Below, piece by piece: positions 10,501 through 19,898 of a stretch of DNA of 64,000 nucleotides (the first letter of the stretch is position 1; the number at the start of each line of letters is the position of its first letter). This DNA is from a virus. The position numbers and the translations under genes are program-made. Below the pieces are notes generated by a model. That model saw only the letters and a list, made by a program, of their open reading frames with translations. It did no database searches and was not told the DNA's origin. The DNA lies in IMG/VR virus record IMGVR_UViG_3300000117_000007; one strand, 5' to 3'.

Positions 10501-11313
10501 TCTCTAGTTACAGTAATCAATCAAAGATCACCTAGACTTGATGGTGTCGTATCAGTATTGAACTTAGCAACAGCAGACAATGACTATCTAAAATTAGATA
10601 GAGAAGATGCAGTATCGCCAATCGGTGTAAGACCACAAGATCAAGGTAAAGTCTATCAGATAGCAGACTTTAGTGAAGAGATGTTAGTCTTTGAAGATGG
10701 CACAAATATACAACTAGAAGAACCTAGAAATAGAATATCATTAGAACCTGAAAGAAGAAACCTTGAAGGGGAAAACATGGCACTAGAAGATGGCAGTGGT
10801 ACGATTCTTTTAGAAGATGAAACAATTCCTGAGCATATCGAAAGATTTATATCAGAACGATCACGTGAATTGTTTAGTCCATATTTCTATTCAGAAAATA
10901 ACATGGATAGAATAGTTATGGAAACAGGTGAACCTTTAGTTCACGAACAGTTGGGGACAGGAACATTAAGCAGTTTTGTTCCACATGGACCAACTATAAG
11001 ATCAATAAATAAGATTGCATTTCAAGATACATACAGAATTGCGTATTACATGCTCGATGAAGAGACAGGATCACAAGAAGAAGATAGATTTATCTTAGAA
11101 AGTGGCACTGATGGTGGTTCAGGATCTATCTTATTAGAAGATACTGAAAGAGATGGATTAAGAATTAGTCAATTGAATGAACTTCTACAGACGTTCTACA
11201 TAGCAGAATTACCAAGACATGAGAATAGAAGAACCAATATTGCGTACTCTTCTTATGTAAATTCATCTAATATTACTAATGGTAACCTAGCATTATTAAT
11301 AGAAAGTGAATAA
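7561..11313 (+). CDS. gp7: Baseplate wedge initiator gp7-like
   Basis: LPEHIRED..FLSSYFEYLE, LYKQKGT..FLMRILY, YQTHSYIIK..VHPAG motifs; position between gp6 and gp8. Confidence 0.8.
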   Translation: MAHQNHIVDRLTNRLSTILPEHIREDAPIFESFLSSYFEYLESEIIVIEDEQVLTAIQLEDGTVIGDGNLVTEDSSDLLSNRILIPRVEPTDAEESEPIVKGEYIYGKNNGSVAKVKVRQGNVIIVDTVSGTGFAVGETIEGRDGGQTAIVKTYKENSIVASNRLLDYSNIDQTLETFLEYFQKDFIPSLDLADTQNKRLTLKNISTLYKQKGTAESVEFLMRILYGQSSSVKYPIDETIFASKSDYSEVRKMVVVMEQGGIPEATDRIIQYNVEDPSLKDAEAVVETVEIINTTDRRYGLSISRTHRGTFTENSPVVLVDRDGITRYPGTTKGIISELIVDDSSTTFGLESESGDLLLEDNSALLFEGASTGSMYNLNDKINFTGAKTDTSVVEALTTVSELSRGSIEEIYIESAGTGYSANDIIIFENANTEGSGAEAIIGAVGDELILENATVFDQYELIATAGQTKFGGVDSNGDAVRDLNNKPVALNGLDVTVLVDGLEQDVSLYTVQNDGVLFDSSPTTSGGERVELVTKFSRVSLENGDQVYLEGGDQRIRKVTITSGGAGYQTFPQVFVGGYLYFDKTVSITGFSVGELITGQSSNATSSISRIDTKNNRLVVRRSSTDTGTYQDGELIVGGSSSAEAIIKNARVTAGTGAKLFAWSSKIGGVEKVRITNQGYDFDENAVISSTSFDNMLTFAPTTASALDKGVQITGVTSGATGTIVSYDTQRNLLKFTDRQGTFLVDEKVTYGNDSFKVLKYDPYDARGKLSGEGITNDNFFGDTGYLSNEFSNIQDGRIYQTHSYIIKVGESIEKYRSIVKDLVHPAGHIFFGEVAVERVIASSASLADRFAINQDNRLGIINTTFVPTILIELEHTEHIIMEDSTRDSENKLLYENGDRIENEDAFEPKARTQRQTQLLIHTKADELSNMAMAHVLRDYLNEGAEVERHRVETIKKFISSATQTQIANDISDPVAPTASLVTVINQRSPRLDGVVSVLNLATADNDYLKLDREDAVSPIGVRPQDQGKVYQIADFSEEMLVFEDGTNIQLEEPRNRISLEPERRNLEGENMALEDGSGTILLEDETIPEHIERFISERSRELFSPYFYSENNMDRIVMETGEPLVHEQLGTGTLSSFVPHGPTIRSINKIAFQDTYRIAYYMLDEETGSQEEDRFILESGTDGGSGSILLEDTERDGLRISQLNELLQTFYIAELPRHENRRTNIAYSSYVNSSNITNGNLALLIESE

Positions 11314-11339
11314 TTTGTAAAAATCTTCATAGGCAATGT

Positions 11340-11347
11340 TATAAATA
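11340..11347 (+). promoter_or_regulatory. T4-type late promoter TATAAATA
   Basis: Exact gp55 consensus upstream of gp8. Confidence 0.8.
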
Positions 11348-11390
11348 GTTTAATAAATACTTAACTGAGGAGTTAATCGAGGAACAAAAA

Positions 11391-12884
11391 ATGGCAGCAA
11401 TTATTTTAGAAAAGTTTAGAACGCATAATGCGAAAGAATTCATCGCAGATTTTGGCGATTCATCAAACTATATTTTTATAGGCAGAACACATGCGTGGGT
11501 AGATGCAAGTGATTCATCAATAGACGACAATAATCCACCTTCACCAGCAAATTCAGAGAGTGAAGAAGTAAGAGCATTCGAAGATATGATTGCACTTAAG
11601 CAAGTTGGTACAGGAGACGTATCACATGGATTAGTTAGACATAACTGGACAGTAGGAACTGTTTACGATGAGTATAGAGATGACTACAGTGCATCAAATC
11701 AGACTCCATCAGGTGCTAACAACTTCTTTGATGGTAGAGGTTATGTTGTAACTTCAGACTACAAAGTTTATAAGTGTCTTAAAACTCCATTTTCCTCAGG
11801 AACAGCACAAGGCGCCGCAGTAAATAGTGAACCAACTACTACTTCAACAACTGATCCTCAAGTTACAACAGATGGTTACATGTGGAAATTCATGTATCAA
11901 ATTCCTGCCTCAGAAGTTATTAAGTATGTTACTAACGATTTCATTCCAGTTAAAACACTAGGTGCTAAAACAACAGTTGCAGGTTCTGGCACAGGTGGTG
12001 GATTCGGAACATCTGCTTCAGATGACGGTTCAGCACAATGGGACGTAGAAGATGATGCAGTAGACGGAGCAATTTACAGATACATTGTTAAAACTGCAGG
12101 TACTGGTTATAGAAATAACTCTAACGCAACAGACTTTTCAGTAGACGTAGCAGTAGAGGGAGATGGTTCTGGTGCAGTAGCAACATTATCATTCGTTGGT
12201 GGTGCATTGAACAACGTAGTATTCAAAGACTCATCATCATATGGTGCAGGATATAAAAGAGCATCATTCCCAACAATTGGTTCTGCAATATCAGGAATCT
12301 CAAGTGGTTCTGGTGCAACTATTCATGCAGTTATTTCTCCAATTCATGGACATGGAGCAAATCCAATCGAAGAACTTGGTGGTAACTTTGTTATCTTAAA
12401 CTCAAGATTAGAATTCGGTGATGGTCAAGGAGACTTCCCAACAGATAACGACTTTAGACAAATTGGATTGATTAAGAATCCTGCTAAAAGAGATGGATCA
12501 ATCTCAAACTTGGGAACTATGACTGCTACTCAGAAACTAACACTTGATGATGCATCAACAGTATCAGTAGATGACATTATTGTGTCTGATCTAAATAACA
12601 ATGCATCAACAAAAAGAGCAAGGGTTGTATCTAAAACAAGTAATGTTATCAGAGTACTTCCAATCGCAAATGGCGGTGGTGAGTTTGTAAACTTTGTAGC
12701 AGAAGATGACATTTATCTAAATGATGCGGGTTCTAAAGTAACAGATGTATCATTAAACGGTATTGATAATGATCACCCAGAAGTTTCTCGATTTACAGGT
12801 GACATCTTGTATGTTGAGAATAGAGGTCCAGTATCAAGGGCCGCTGATCAGATTGAAGATATCAAACTGATTATTGAAATGTAA
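11391..12884 (+). CDS. gp8: Baseplate wedge subunit gp8
   Basis: YKVYKCL, DGYMWKFMY, NDFRQIGLIKNP, ILYVENR..QIEDIKLIIEM motifs. Confidence 0.9.
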   Translation: MAAIILEKFRTHNAKEFIADFGDSSNYIFIGRTHAWVDASDSSIDDNNPPSPANSESEEVRAFEDMIALKQVGTGDVSHGLVRHNWTVGTVYDEYRDDYSASNQTPSGANNFFDGRGYVVTSDYKVYKCLKTPFSSGTAQGAAVNSEPTTTSTTDPQVTTDGYMWKFMYQIPASEVIKYVTNDFIPVKTLGAKTTVAGSGTGGGFGTSASDDGSAQWDVEDDAVDGAIYRYIVKTAGTGYRNNSNATDFSVDVAVEGDGSGAVATLSFVGGALNNVVFKDSSSYGAGYKRASFPTIGSAISGISSGSGATIHAVISPIHGHGANPIEELGGNFVILNSRLEFGDGQGDFPTDNDFRQIGLIKNPAKRDGSISNLGTMTATQKLTLDDASTVSVDDIIVSDLNNNASTKRARVVSKTSNVIRVLPIANGGGEFVNFVAEDDIYLNDAGSKVTDVSLNGIDNDHPEVSRFTGDILYVENRGPVSRAADQIEDIKLIIEM

Positions 12885-12924
12885 TTGTTGTTTTAAACAA
12901 CATTAAACTTAAAAAGTAGAAACT

Positions 12925-15900
12925 ATGACTGAGAAAACCGATCTAAATATTACACCCTATTACGACGACTATTCAGAGGACAAGAACTTTCATAAAGTCC
13001 TCTTTCGTGCTGGTAGACCTCTTCAAGCAAGAGAATTAACTCAGTCTCAATCTATTCTACAAGACCAAATCGAAAAGTTTGGTGGCCACTTCTTTAAAGA
13101 AGGTTCTATTGTTCAGGGCGCAGAAGCAAATATAGACATGGACGTCTACTATGTTAAAGTGCAATCATCAAATCCAAATGTGGGCAATGGCGATACTAGT
13201 GTTGAAGGATATAGAGAATCGTTTCATGGTAAATATATCAGAGGTGGTTCTACTGGTGTTGTAGCAAAAGTTATAACTTCAATTGCAGAAACATCTACAG
13301 ATTCTATTACTCTAATTGTTAAAGCATATTCAAGAGGAACCGATTCTAAAGGTTCATTCATCTTTGTTGGCGACGAGACACTTAGAGAAGTCACAATTGA
13401 TGGTGCAGGTGCAGTAACAAATAATGAAGGTAATGAAAACTTCTTTAAGACAGTTACAGATGAAGACGTACCAACTGGTAGATCATCTATTGCACAAATT
13501 AGTCAAGGTACAGTTTACTCAAGAGGATTCTTTGTAAACGTAGATCAACAAGTTATTATCTTAGAGAAGTATAGTGGTGCACCTTCGTATAGAGTAGGAT
13601 TACAGATTAAAGAAGAACTTATCAGTTCTGGTGCAGATACAACATTGTTAGATAATGCACAGGGTACTAATAATGAAAATGCCCCAGGTGCAGATAGATT
13701 AAAAATCACAATGATACTTAAAAAAATAGGTATCGAAGAAGTAACAGACACTAACTTTATCGAATTAACAAGAGTTAATCAAGGTGTTATAGAACTTCAC
13801 ATCAATAGACCAATTTATAGTCATATTGAACATACAATGGCAAGAAGAACTTTTGATACTTCAGGAGACTTTGTAACAAAACAATTCTTGACAACATTTA
13901 GAGAACATTTAAAAGAAGGTGACAACAAAGGATTTTATACTGCTGGAGAAGGTGGTGATAATTCTAAGTTTGTTTGCCAGATCTCCCCAGGTAAAGCATA
14001 CGTAAAAGGGTATGAGATCGAAAAGATTGGAACATCTAATTTAGAATTATTAAAAGCAAGAACTACAGCATCGTTGACTAATACAGCAACGCCTGTTAGA
14101 CTTGGTAACAAATTAAAAGTAAATAATGTACTAGCATTACCAGAATTCCAAGACGATGCAAGTACAAGTACAACAGCATTTAAACCAATAGAATTATATA
14201 ACCAAGCACAGAGCAGTGGTGCTCCTGCTGGTGAAAAGATTGGATTTGCAAGAGTCAGACATGTCGATAATGACTTGAACGTCTCTACACAAGCAACTGA
14301 TGAACTCAACTTATATCTATTTGATATTAAGATGTTCACAAAACTTAAATTCAGTGCTAATATTAGTGCAAGTGATTACAGTGTAGGAGATAAAGTTCAA
14401 ACATCTTCTGGCGCATCTGGTATTGTTGGAGTTATAGAACATAGTACAGATAGTATCTATCTACATGATGTAGTCGGTACATTCAATGATGGTGATACTG
14501 TTGGTGCTAGAGGTCTAAAATCTACAAGCAGAACGATTGACACTGATGGTGTAATTGTATTTAATATTGCACAAGCAAAATCAGTATATCAAGCAACTCC
14601 AGGTGGCGGTAGTCAAAACTTTGTAGCAAACGTAGTACTAGATGATTTCAGAACATTATCTGGATTCGCAACATTGGGTGCTGGTGGAACTTCAGATGCC
14701 ACAGTGACTGGTGTTGGTACTCAGTTCACTAGAGAACTAGTTGTTGGTGATACTATCTTAGATAGTACAGGAACAGAAAGACTAGTTAAAGCAATTACTT
14801 CAGATGTTGCATTTACAATCGACGATGTAGATGGCACTTCAGCATCAGGAGTCTCAAGTCAAGTACAGGTTAATCTTGTTAGAAAAAGATCAGTACTAAG
14901 AGATCAAGACCAAACAGCGGCAATCTTTGCATGGCCAAGAGACTATGTAAGCAAAGTAACTCCGTCTGATAACGGTCTACAAGTTAGAAAGCAAATTAGA
15001 TTAACAATTTCAAATGGAGATATTACAATTCCATGTGATACTGCTAACGAGAAGTTTGCTATAGGAAATGAAGACAATTTTCAATTTGCAGTTATAGAAC
15101 AATCAACTAATGGTAGCAGAACACTTACAAATGGTCAAGTTGTATATCCAAATGACATTTCTAGTTTCCCTACACCAGGTGATGCTAACTTAGTAATACC
15201 TATTGGTGATCAAAGCAGTAATCAATATGACGATGGTGCAAAAGTATTAGTATCTTATTCAGTAGTAAGAAAAACACCAGACATTAAAAACAAATCACTG
15301 ATTAAAAGTAGATCGATTTATTTCGAAGACAAAAACTCAACAAACACTGCAAGATACGGTACTGCTTACGATCATAAAGAATTGTCAATTGGTAAGTCAG
15401 ACGTTAATAAAGTTTGGGCAGTATTAGAAGGAGTACCTGGTACATTAACTAATAGTCACCCTACACCACCAAACGCAACACTAAACAGAACATCAGGCAC
15501 ATTTAACTCAGGTGAAATTATAGTTGGTCAAACATCTGGTGCTAAAGCAAGACTATTGACTTATAATGAGGGTTCAACTTCATATCTTCTATACATTAAA
15601 GAGGGTGTACAGTTCTCAACAGGAGAAGCAGTTGTAGGACAGACAAATACTGGTGTAGCAACAATTCAGAGTTACGATGTAGGATCACCAAACATTAAGT
15701 CTAGATATTTCTTAGACAATGGTCAGAGAGATGGTTATTACGATCTTGCTAAATTACAATTAAAAGAAGGTGAACCTACACCTAATAATCCTATCACTAT
15801 AATCTTCGATCATTTTGAAGCAGGTGGTGGTGATTACTTCGCAAGAGGATCATATAATGATTCAGAAATAGATTACGAAGATATACCAAATTATTCACCA

Positions 15901-18900
15901 AACAAAGTCGACCTTGGAGGGTTTGAACCTGATGGACAATTCGAATTGTCCGATGCAGTTGACTTTAGATCACATACAGATTCACTTATCAGTGTTACTG
16001 CTTATGATCAAACAAACGTACCAAACATATCTAACATTACAACTGCACCATTTGCCTATGATTCTAGAGTGTTCTCATCATTTGATATTGCAACACCTAC
16101 ACCAGGTTCGACAGTTGATGCATCGTTAGAATTCTATGTACCAAGAATTGATAAAGTATTCTTACATAAAGGTGGCATATTCGAAGTAGTATCTGGATAT
16201 CCAGATATCTCACCACAGAAACCACAACCTATCGATGATGCTATTGAAATGTTTGAAATTTTCATACCAGCATATACTGATAATCTCAAAGAGTTAAAAG
16301 TAAAAGCAAGAGATTACAGAAGATTCACCATGAAAGATATTGGTCGAATCAATCAAAGAGTATCAAACTTAGAAAGAATTACATCTCTATCATTATTAGA
16401 GAAAGATACTCAATCAAAACAAATTTTAGATGCAGATGGATTTGACAGATATAAGTCAGGATTCTTAGTAGATAACTTTAGAGGTCACAAGATTGGTGAT
16501 GTATCACATCTTGACTATCATGTTGGTATTGACACTAAGATGGGTCAATTAAGACCACAAAACTATACTCAGTTCTTTGACATTGAACACAAGTCTTCAG
16601 CATCAGCAAACTTTAAAAAGACTGGTGATCTAATCACACTACCATATACTGAACACACTTTTGTTGATCAGAATAAAGCATCAAGACATTTGAATGTTAA
16701 CCCATATCATGTCTTTGCATTTATTGGTAATGTTAAACTTACACCTGAAACAGACATATGGCAAGATACTGAAACTTTACCAGAAGTTAGAATCAATAAA
16801 GAAGGTAACTATGATGCCGTACTTGCAGAAAATCAAAACTCATTAGGAACTGTATGGAATGCATGGCAAACAACATGGGTTGGAGAACCTCAAGTTGTAT
16901 CAGAAGAAACACTAGCATCTGTACCTGCTAACTGGGATGGTAATCCGTCTCAAGGTGGTACAGGACAAAGTACAGCAACTATTACTAGAGAGATAACAGA
17001 AACTCCAGAAACTCAAACAAGAAATGGGGTTATTACTTCAGTAGTAGAAGAGTTCGTAGAAACAAGAAACGATAGAATTGTCAGTGTACAAGTTATACCT
17101 TTCTGTAGAGCAAGAACACTTGAGATTACTGCAACAAACTTAAAACCAAACACTAATCATTACATACTATTTGACGGAATTACAGTCAACGAATATGTAA
17201 GACCATTTAGCACAGACTATTCACAAACAACACATACTGCCGCAAGTGCAGGTGTTAAGACAGATGCTAATGGTATGTTGAGAGCATATTTTGATCTACC
17301 AAATAATAGATTCCAAAAGTTCCCAACAGGACAAAGAGAACTTAGAATTACATCTAGTTCAAATAACTTGTCTAACCCAGATTCATACGGTGTAGCAACT
17401 TATCAAGCACAAGGACTTTTACAATCAAGTCAAACTGAGATTGTATCTACAAGAAATGGTCGTGTGGTACTTGAAAGAATTACAGATCAAAGAGAGATCA
17501 TGCAACGTGGTGAAAGGATTAATGTTAACGTAGTTCAGAGAGAACCTGAACCAGAACCACCACAATCTCCACCACCACCTCCGCCGCCTGATCCACCACA
17601 AGATCCAGATCCAGAACCGACGCCTGATCCAACACCAGATCCGACGCCAGAACCGAATCCTGAACCTGCGCCAGAACCAACGCCAGAACCAACACCACCA
17701 CCGTTGGAAGATCCACCACCAGTGGACCCACCAGTTGTGTTGCCAGTTGATGATGTTTGGAGACCTGTAAGAGACTTCCCAAGAGAGAGAAGATTCGAAG
17801 CAAGAGATTGGATGGATCCACTAGCAGAATCATTCTTAGTTGAATCTGATGGTGGTATGTTCTTAACATCAATTGATATTTACTTTAAGTCAAAAGATAA
17901 TAATTTACCATGTTCAGTACAAATTAGAAATATGGTAAACGGATATCCTGGTCAAATAATTTTACCATTCTCAAATGTGACTAAAAATCCAGGTGATATT
18001 AATGTATCAGAAGATGGTTCAGTAGCAACTACATTTACTTTTGAGTCACCTGTATATGTTGAAGACAGAGCAGAATACTGTTTCGTAGTCTACTCAAACT
18101 CAAACGAATATGAGTGTTACATCTCTAGAATGGGTGAACCAGATATTATTACTGGTGAAACAATTTCAGGACAACCATATGGTGGTTCATTATTCAAATC
18201 ACAAAACGCATCAACATGGAATGCAGAGCAAACAGACGATCTTAAGTTTAAGATGAAAGTTGCTAAGTTTGATACATCGAAGGTATCATCACTTATATTT
18301 GAAAATGCACAATTGCCATCACAAAGTTTACAAGATAATCCTGTACAAACATTTGTTGGTGAACAATACGTAAAAGTAAATCACTACTCACATGGTATGT
18401 ATGATAGTAATTCAGATGTTAAAATTATAAGTGTAACAGGCGATAAGAAGAACGCAATTTACAAACTAAGTACAGCATCTGGTAGTGTTACTAACGTAAC
18501 AGCAGGTACTTACACAGGACTAACTCAGCATGTATCATCATCAACATCAGGTGAAGGTGCAGTATTTAATGTTGTAACAACAGGAACCACTGGTAACGAA
18601 ACGATTGCTAGAATTGAAGTTACAAATCCAGGACATGGATATTCAACTTCAGACAATATCGTAATCAATACAACTCTTGACGGTGATGCAGTAAATATCT
18701 CATTTGGTATTACAACAGTAGGTGACACTTTAGGTGGTATACCAATCACGTTGATTAATGCAGAACACAAAGGTATCACTGATTATAGTATCGATACTTA
18801 TAACATAGACGTAGATGCCTCATTACTAGATAACAATCTAACAAGTTCAACTTATAGTTTTGCAAGTACATATGGTGCTACAGAATCTACAATTGGCGGT

Positions 18901-19683
18901 GGTGATCAAGTAGTCGCAACTAGAAACTTATACTATGATGCATTGCATACTATGATACCATCAACACAAGTTGCTGGTACACAAATCTTTGCAAGTGTCA
19001 ATAGAACGGGTATGGGTTCACCAGAAGATTCAAACTTAGACACAGCATACAGCAGAAGAACATCAAGTAACTTTATCAAACTAAATGATAACGTGTACTT
19101 TGAAAGACCAAGTGTTATTGCTTCAGTTGTAAATGAAGAAAACAACATGGGTAATACTAAGTCATTCAATTGTTTACTACAGTTGAGATCAGTAAATCCA
19201 AACGTATCACCAGTAATTGATATTGGTACAATTGGTTGCTTAGGTATTATGAATAGAATTAACGATATAAACGAATCGGGTGATGTATCAACAGGAGAAG
19301 TATTCGTACCGTCTACTGCACCTGATGGAGACAACAACGCAATGGTTTATATCACAAGAAAGGTAACATTGAAAAATCCTGCAACTTCATTAAAAGTGAT
19401 TGCAGATAACTTCAGACCACCTAATACTGATCTGAAGTTCATGTTTAAGATTATTAAACAGGACGAAACAACACCTATCGATGATATTGGATTTGAGTAT
19501 TTCAATACATCAGGTGGTCCAGACGTAGATACACCGAAAGACGGAAGAAACTTTAAAGAGTATGAATATACTGCTGATGCTCTTCCAGAATTCAGTGCAT
19601 TCGTAGTTAAGATAGTAGGACAATCAAGCAATACATCTCAAGTGCCATTAGTACAATCACTTAGATGTCTGGCGTTAGCATAA
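12925..19683 (+). CDS. Giant virion structural protein (VrlC/DUF4815-like)
   Basis: PYYDDY..FHKVLFRAGRPLQARELTQ N-terminus; RYKSGFLVDNF and DPLAESF motifs; follows gp8 as in marine T4-like phages. Confidence 0.8.
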   Translation: MTEKTDLNITPYYDDYSEDKNFHKVLFRAGRPLQARELTQSQSILQDQIEKFGGHFFKEGSIVQGAEANIDMDVYYVKVQSSNPNVGNGDTSVEGYRESFHGKYIRGGSTGVVAKVITSIAETSTDSITLIVKAYSRGTDSKGSFIFVGDETLREVTIDGAGAVTNNEGNENFFKTVTDEDVPTGRSSIAQISQGTVYSRGFFVNVDQQVIILEKYSGAPSYRVGLQIKEELISSGADTTLLDNAQGTNNENAPGADRLKITMILKKIGIEEVTDTNFIELTRVNQGVIELHINRPIYSHIEHTMARRTFDTSGDFVTKQFLTTFREHLKEGDNKGFYTAGEGGDNSKFVCQISPGKAYVKGYEIEKIGTSNLELLKARTTASLTNTATPVRLGNKLKVNNVLALPEFQDDASTSTTAFKPIELYNQAQSSGAPAGEKIGFARVRHVDNDLNVSTQATDELNLYLFDIKMFTKLKFSANISASDYSVGDKVQTSSGASGIVGVIEHSTDSIYLHDVVGTFNDGDTVGARGLKSTSRTIDTDGVIVFNIAQAKSVYQATPGGGSQNFVANVVLDDFRTLSGFATLGAGGTSDATVTGVGTQFTRELVVGDTILDSTGTERLVKAITSDVAFTIDDVDGTSASGVSSQVQVNLVRKRSVLRDQDQTAAIFAWPRDYVSKVTPSDNGLQVRKQIRLTISNGDITIPCDTANEKFAIGNEDNFQFAVIEQSTNGSRTLTNGQVVYPNDISSFPTPGDANLVIPIGDQSSNQYDDGAKVLVSYSVVRKTPDIKNKSLIKSRSIYFEDKNSTNTARYGTAYDHKELSIGKSDVNKVWAVLEGVPGTLTNSHPTPPNATLNRTSGTFNSGEIIVGQTSGAKARLLTYNEGSTSYLLYIKEGVQFSTGEAVVGQTNTGVATIQSYDVGSPNIKSRYFLDNGQRDGYYDLAKLQLKEGEPTPNNPITIIFDHFEAGGGDYFARGSYNDSEIDYEDIPNYSPNKVDLGGFEPDGQFELSDAVDFRSHTDSLISVTAYDQTNVPNISNITTAPFAYDSRVFSSFDIATPTPGSTVDASLEFYVPRIDKVFLHKGGIFEVVSGYPDISPQKPQPIDDAIEMFEIFIPAYTDNLKELKVKARDYRRFTMKDIGRINQRVSNLERITSLSLLEKDTQSKQILDADGFDRYKSGFLVDNFRGHKIGDVSHLDYHVGIDTKMGQLRPQNYTQFFDIEHKSSASANFKKTGDLITLPYTEHTFVDQNKASRHLNVNPYHVFAFIGNVKLTPETDIWQDTETLPEVRINKEGNYDAVLAENQNSLGTVWNAWQTTWVGEPQVVSEETLASVPANWDGNPSQGGTGQSTATITREITETPETQTRNGVITSVVEEFVETRNDRIVSVQVIPFCRARTLEITATNLKPNTNHYILFDGITVNEYVRPFSTDYSQTTHTAASAGVKTDANGMLRAYFDLPNNRFQKFPTGQRELRITSSSNNLSNPDSYGVATYQAQGLLQSSQTEIVSTRNGRVVLERITDQREIMQRGERINVNVVQREPEPEPPQSPPPPPPPDPPQDPDPEPTPDPTPDPTPEPNPEPAPEPTPEPTPPPLEDPPPVDPPVVLPVDDVWRPVRDFPRERRFEARDWMDPLAESFLVESDGGMFLTSIDIYFKSKDNNLPCSVQIRNMVNGYPGQIILPFSNVTKNPGDINVSEDGSVATTFTFESPVYVEDRAEYCFVVYSNSNEYECYISRMGEPDIITGETISGQPYGGSLFKSQNASTWNAEQTDDLKFKMKVAKFDTSKVSSLIFENAQLPSQSLQDNPVQTFVGEQYVKVNHYSHGMYDSNSDVKIISVTGDKKNAIYKLSTASGSVTNVTAGTYTGLTQHVSSSTSGEGAVFNVVTTGTTGNETIARIEVTNPGHGYSTSDNIVINTTLDGDAVNISFGITTVGDTLGGIPITLINAEHKGITDYSIDTYNIDVDASLLDNNLTSSTYSFASTYGATESTIGGGDQVVATRNLYYDALHTMIPSTQVAGTQIFASVNRTGMGSPEDSNLDTAYSRRTSSNFIKLNDNVYFERPSVIASVVNEENNMGNTKSFNCLLQLRSVNPNVSPVIDIGTIGCLGIMNRINDINESGDVSTGEVFVPSTAPDGDNNAMVYITRKVTLKNPATSLKVIADNFRPPNTDLKFMFKIIKQDETTPIDDIGFEYFNTSGGPDVDTPKDGRNFKEYEYTADALPEFSAFVVKIVGQSSNTSQVPLVQSLRCLALA
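17542..17745 (+). repeat. Pro-rich low-complexity linker (PEPTP/PDPTP repeats) inside the VrlC-like protein
   Basis: EPEPEPPQSPPPPPPPDPPQDPDPEPTPDPTPDPTPEPNPEPAPEPTPEPTPPP; locally GC-rich. Confidence 0.9.
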
Positions 19684-19898
19684 TGACTATCAAAGTTGAC
19701 GGTCATTCACATCTAATACGTGATGAAGAATCACATGCTATTGTTAATACAGATAACGAAGCATATAGATTAACATTACGTAGAAGAAGTATTGTAACTG
19801 CTCAGAGGAACGAGATAAATACATTAAAGAATGAAGTAAGTGAAATTAAAACATTATTAAAACAAGTTATAGAGAACGTAAATGGCAAAAACAGTTGA
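19683..19898 (+). CDS. Small coiled-coil hypothetical protein
   Basis: TAATG coupling to the previous gene; KVDGHSHLIRDEES.AIVNTD motif followed by a heptad pattern. Confidence 0.7.
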   Translation: MTIKVDGHSHLIRDEESHAIVNTDNEAYRLTLRRRSIVTAQRNEINTLKNEVSEIKTLLKQVIENVNGKNS

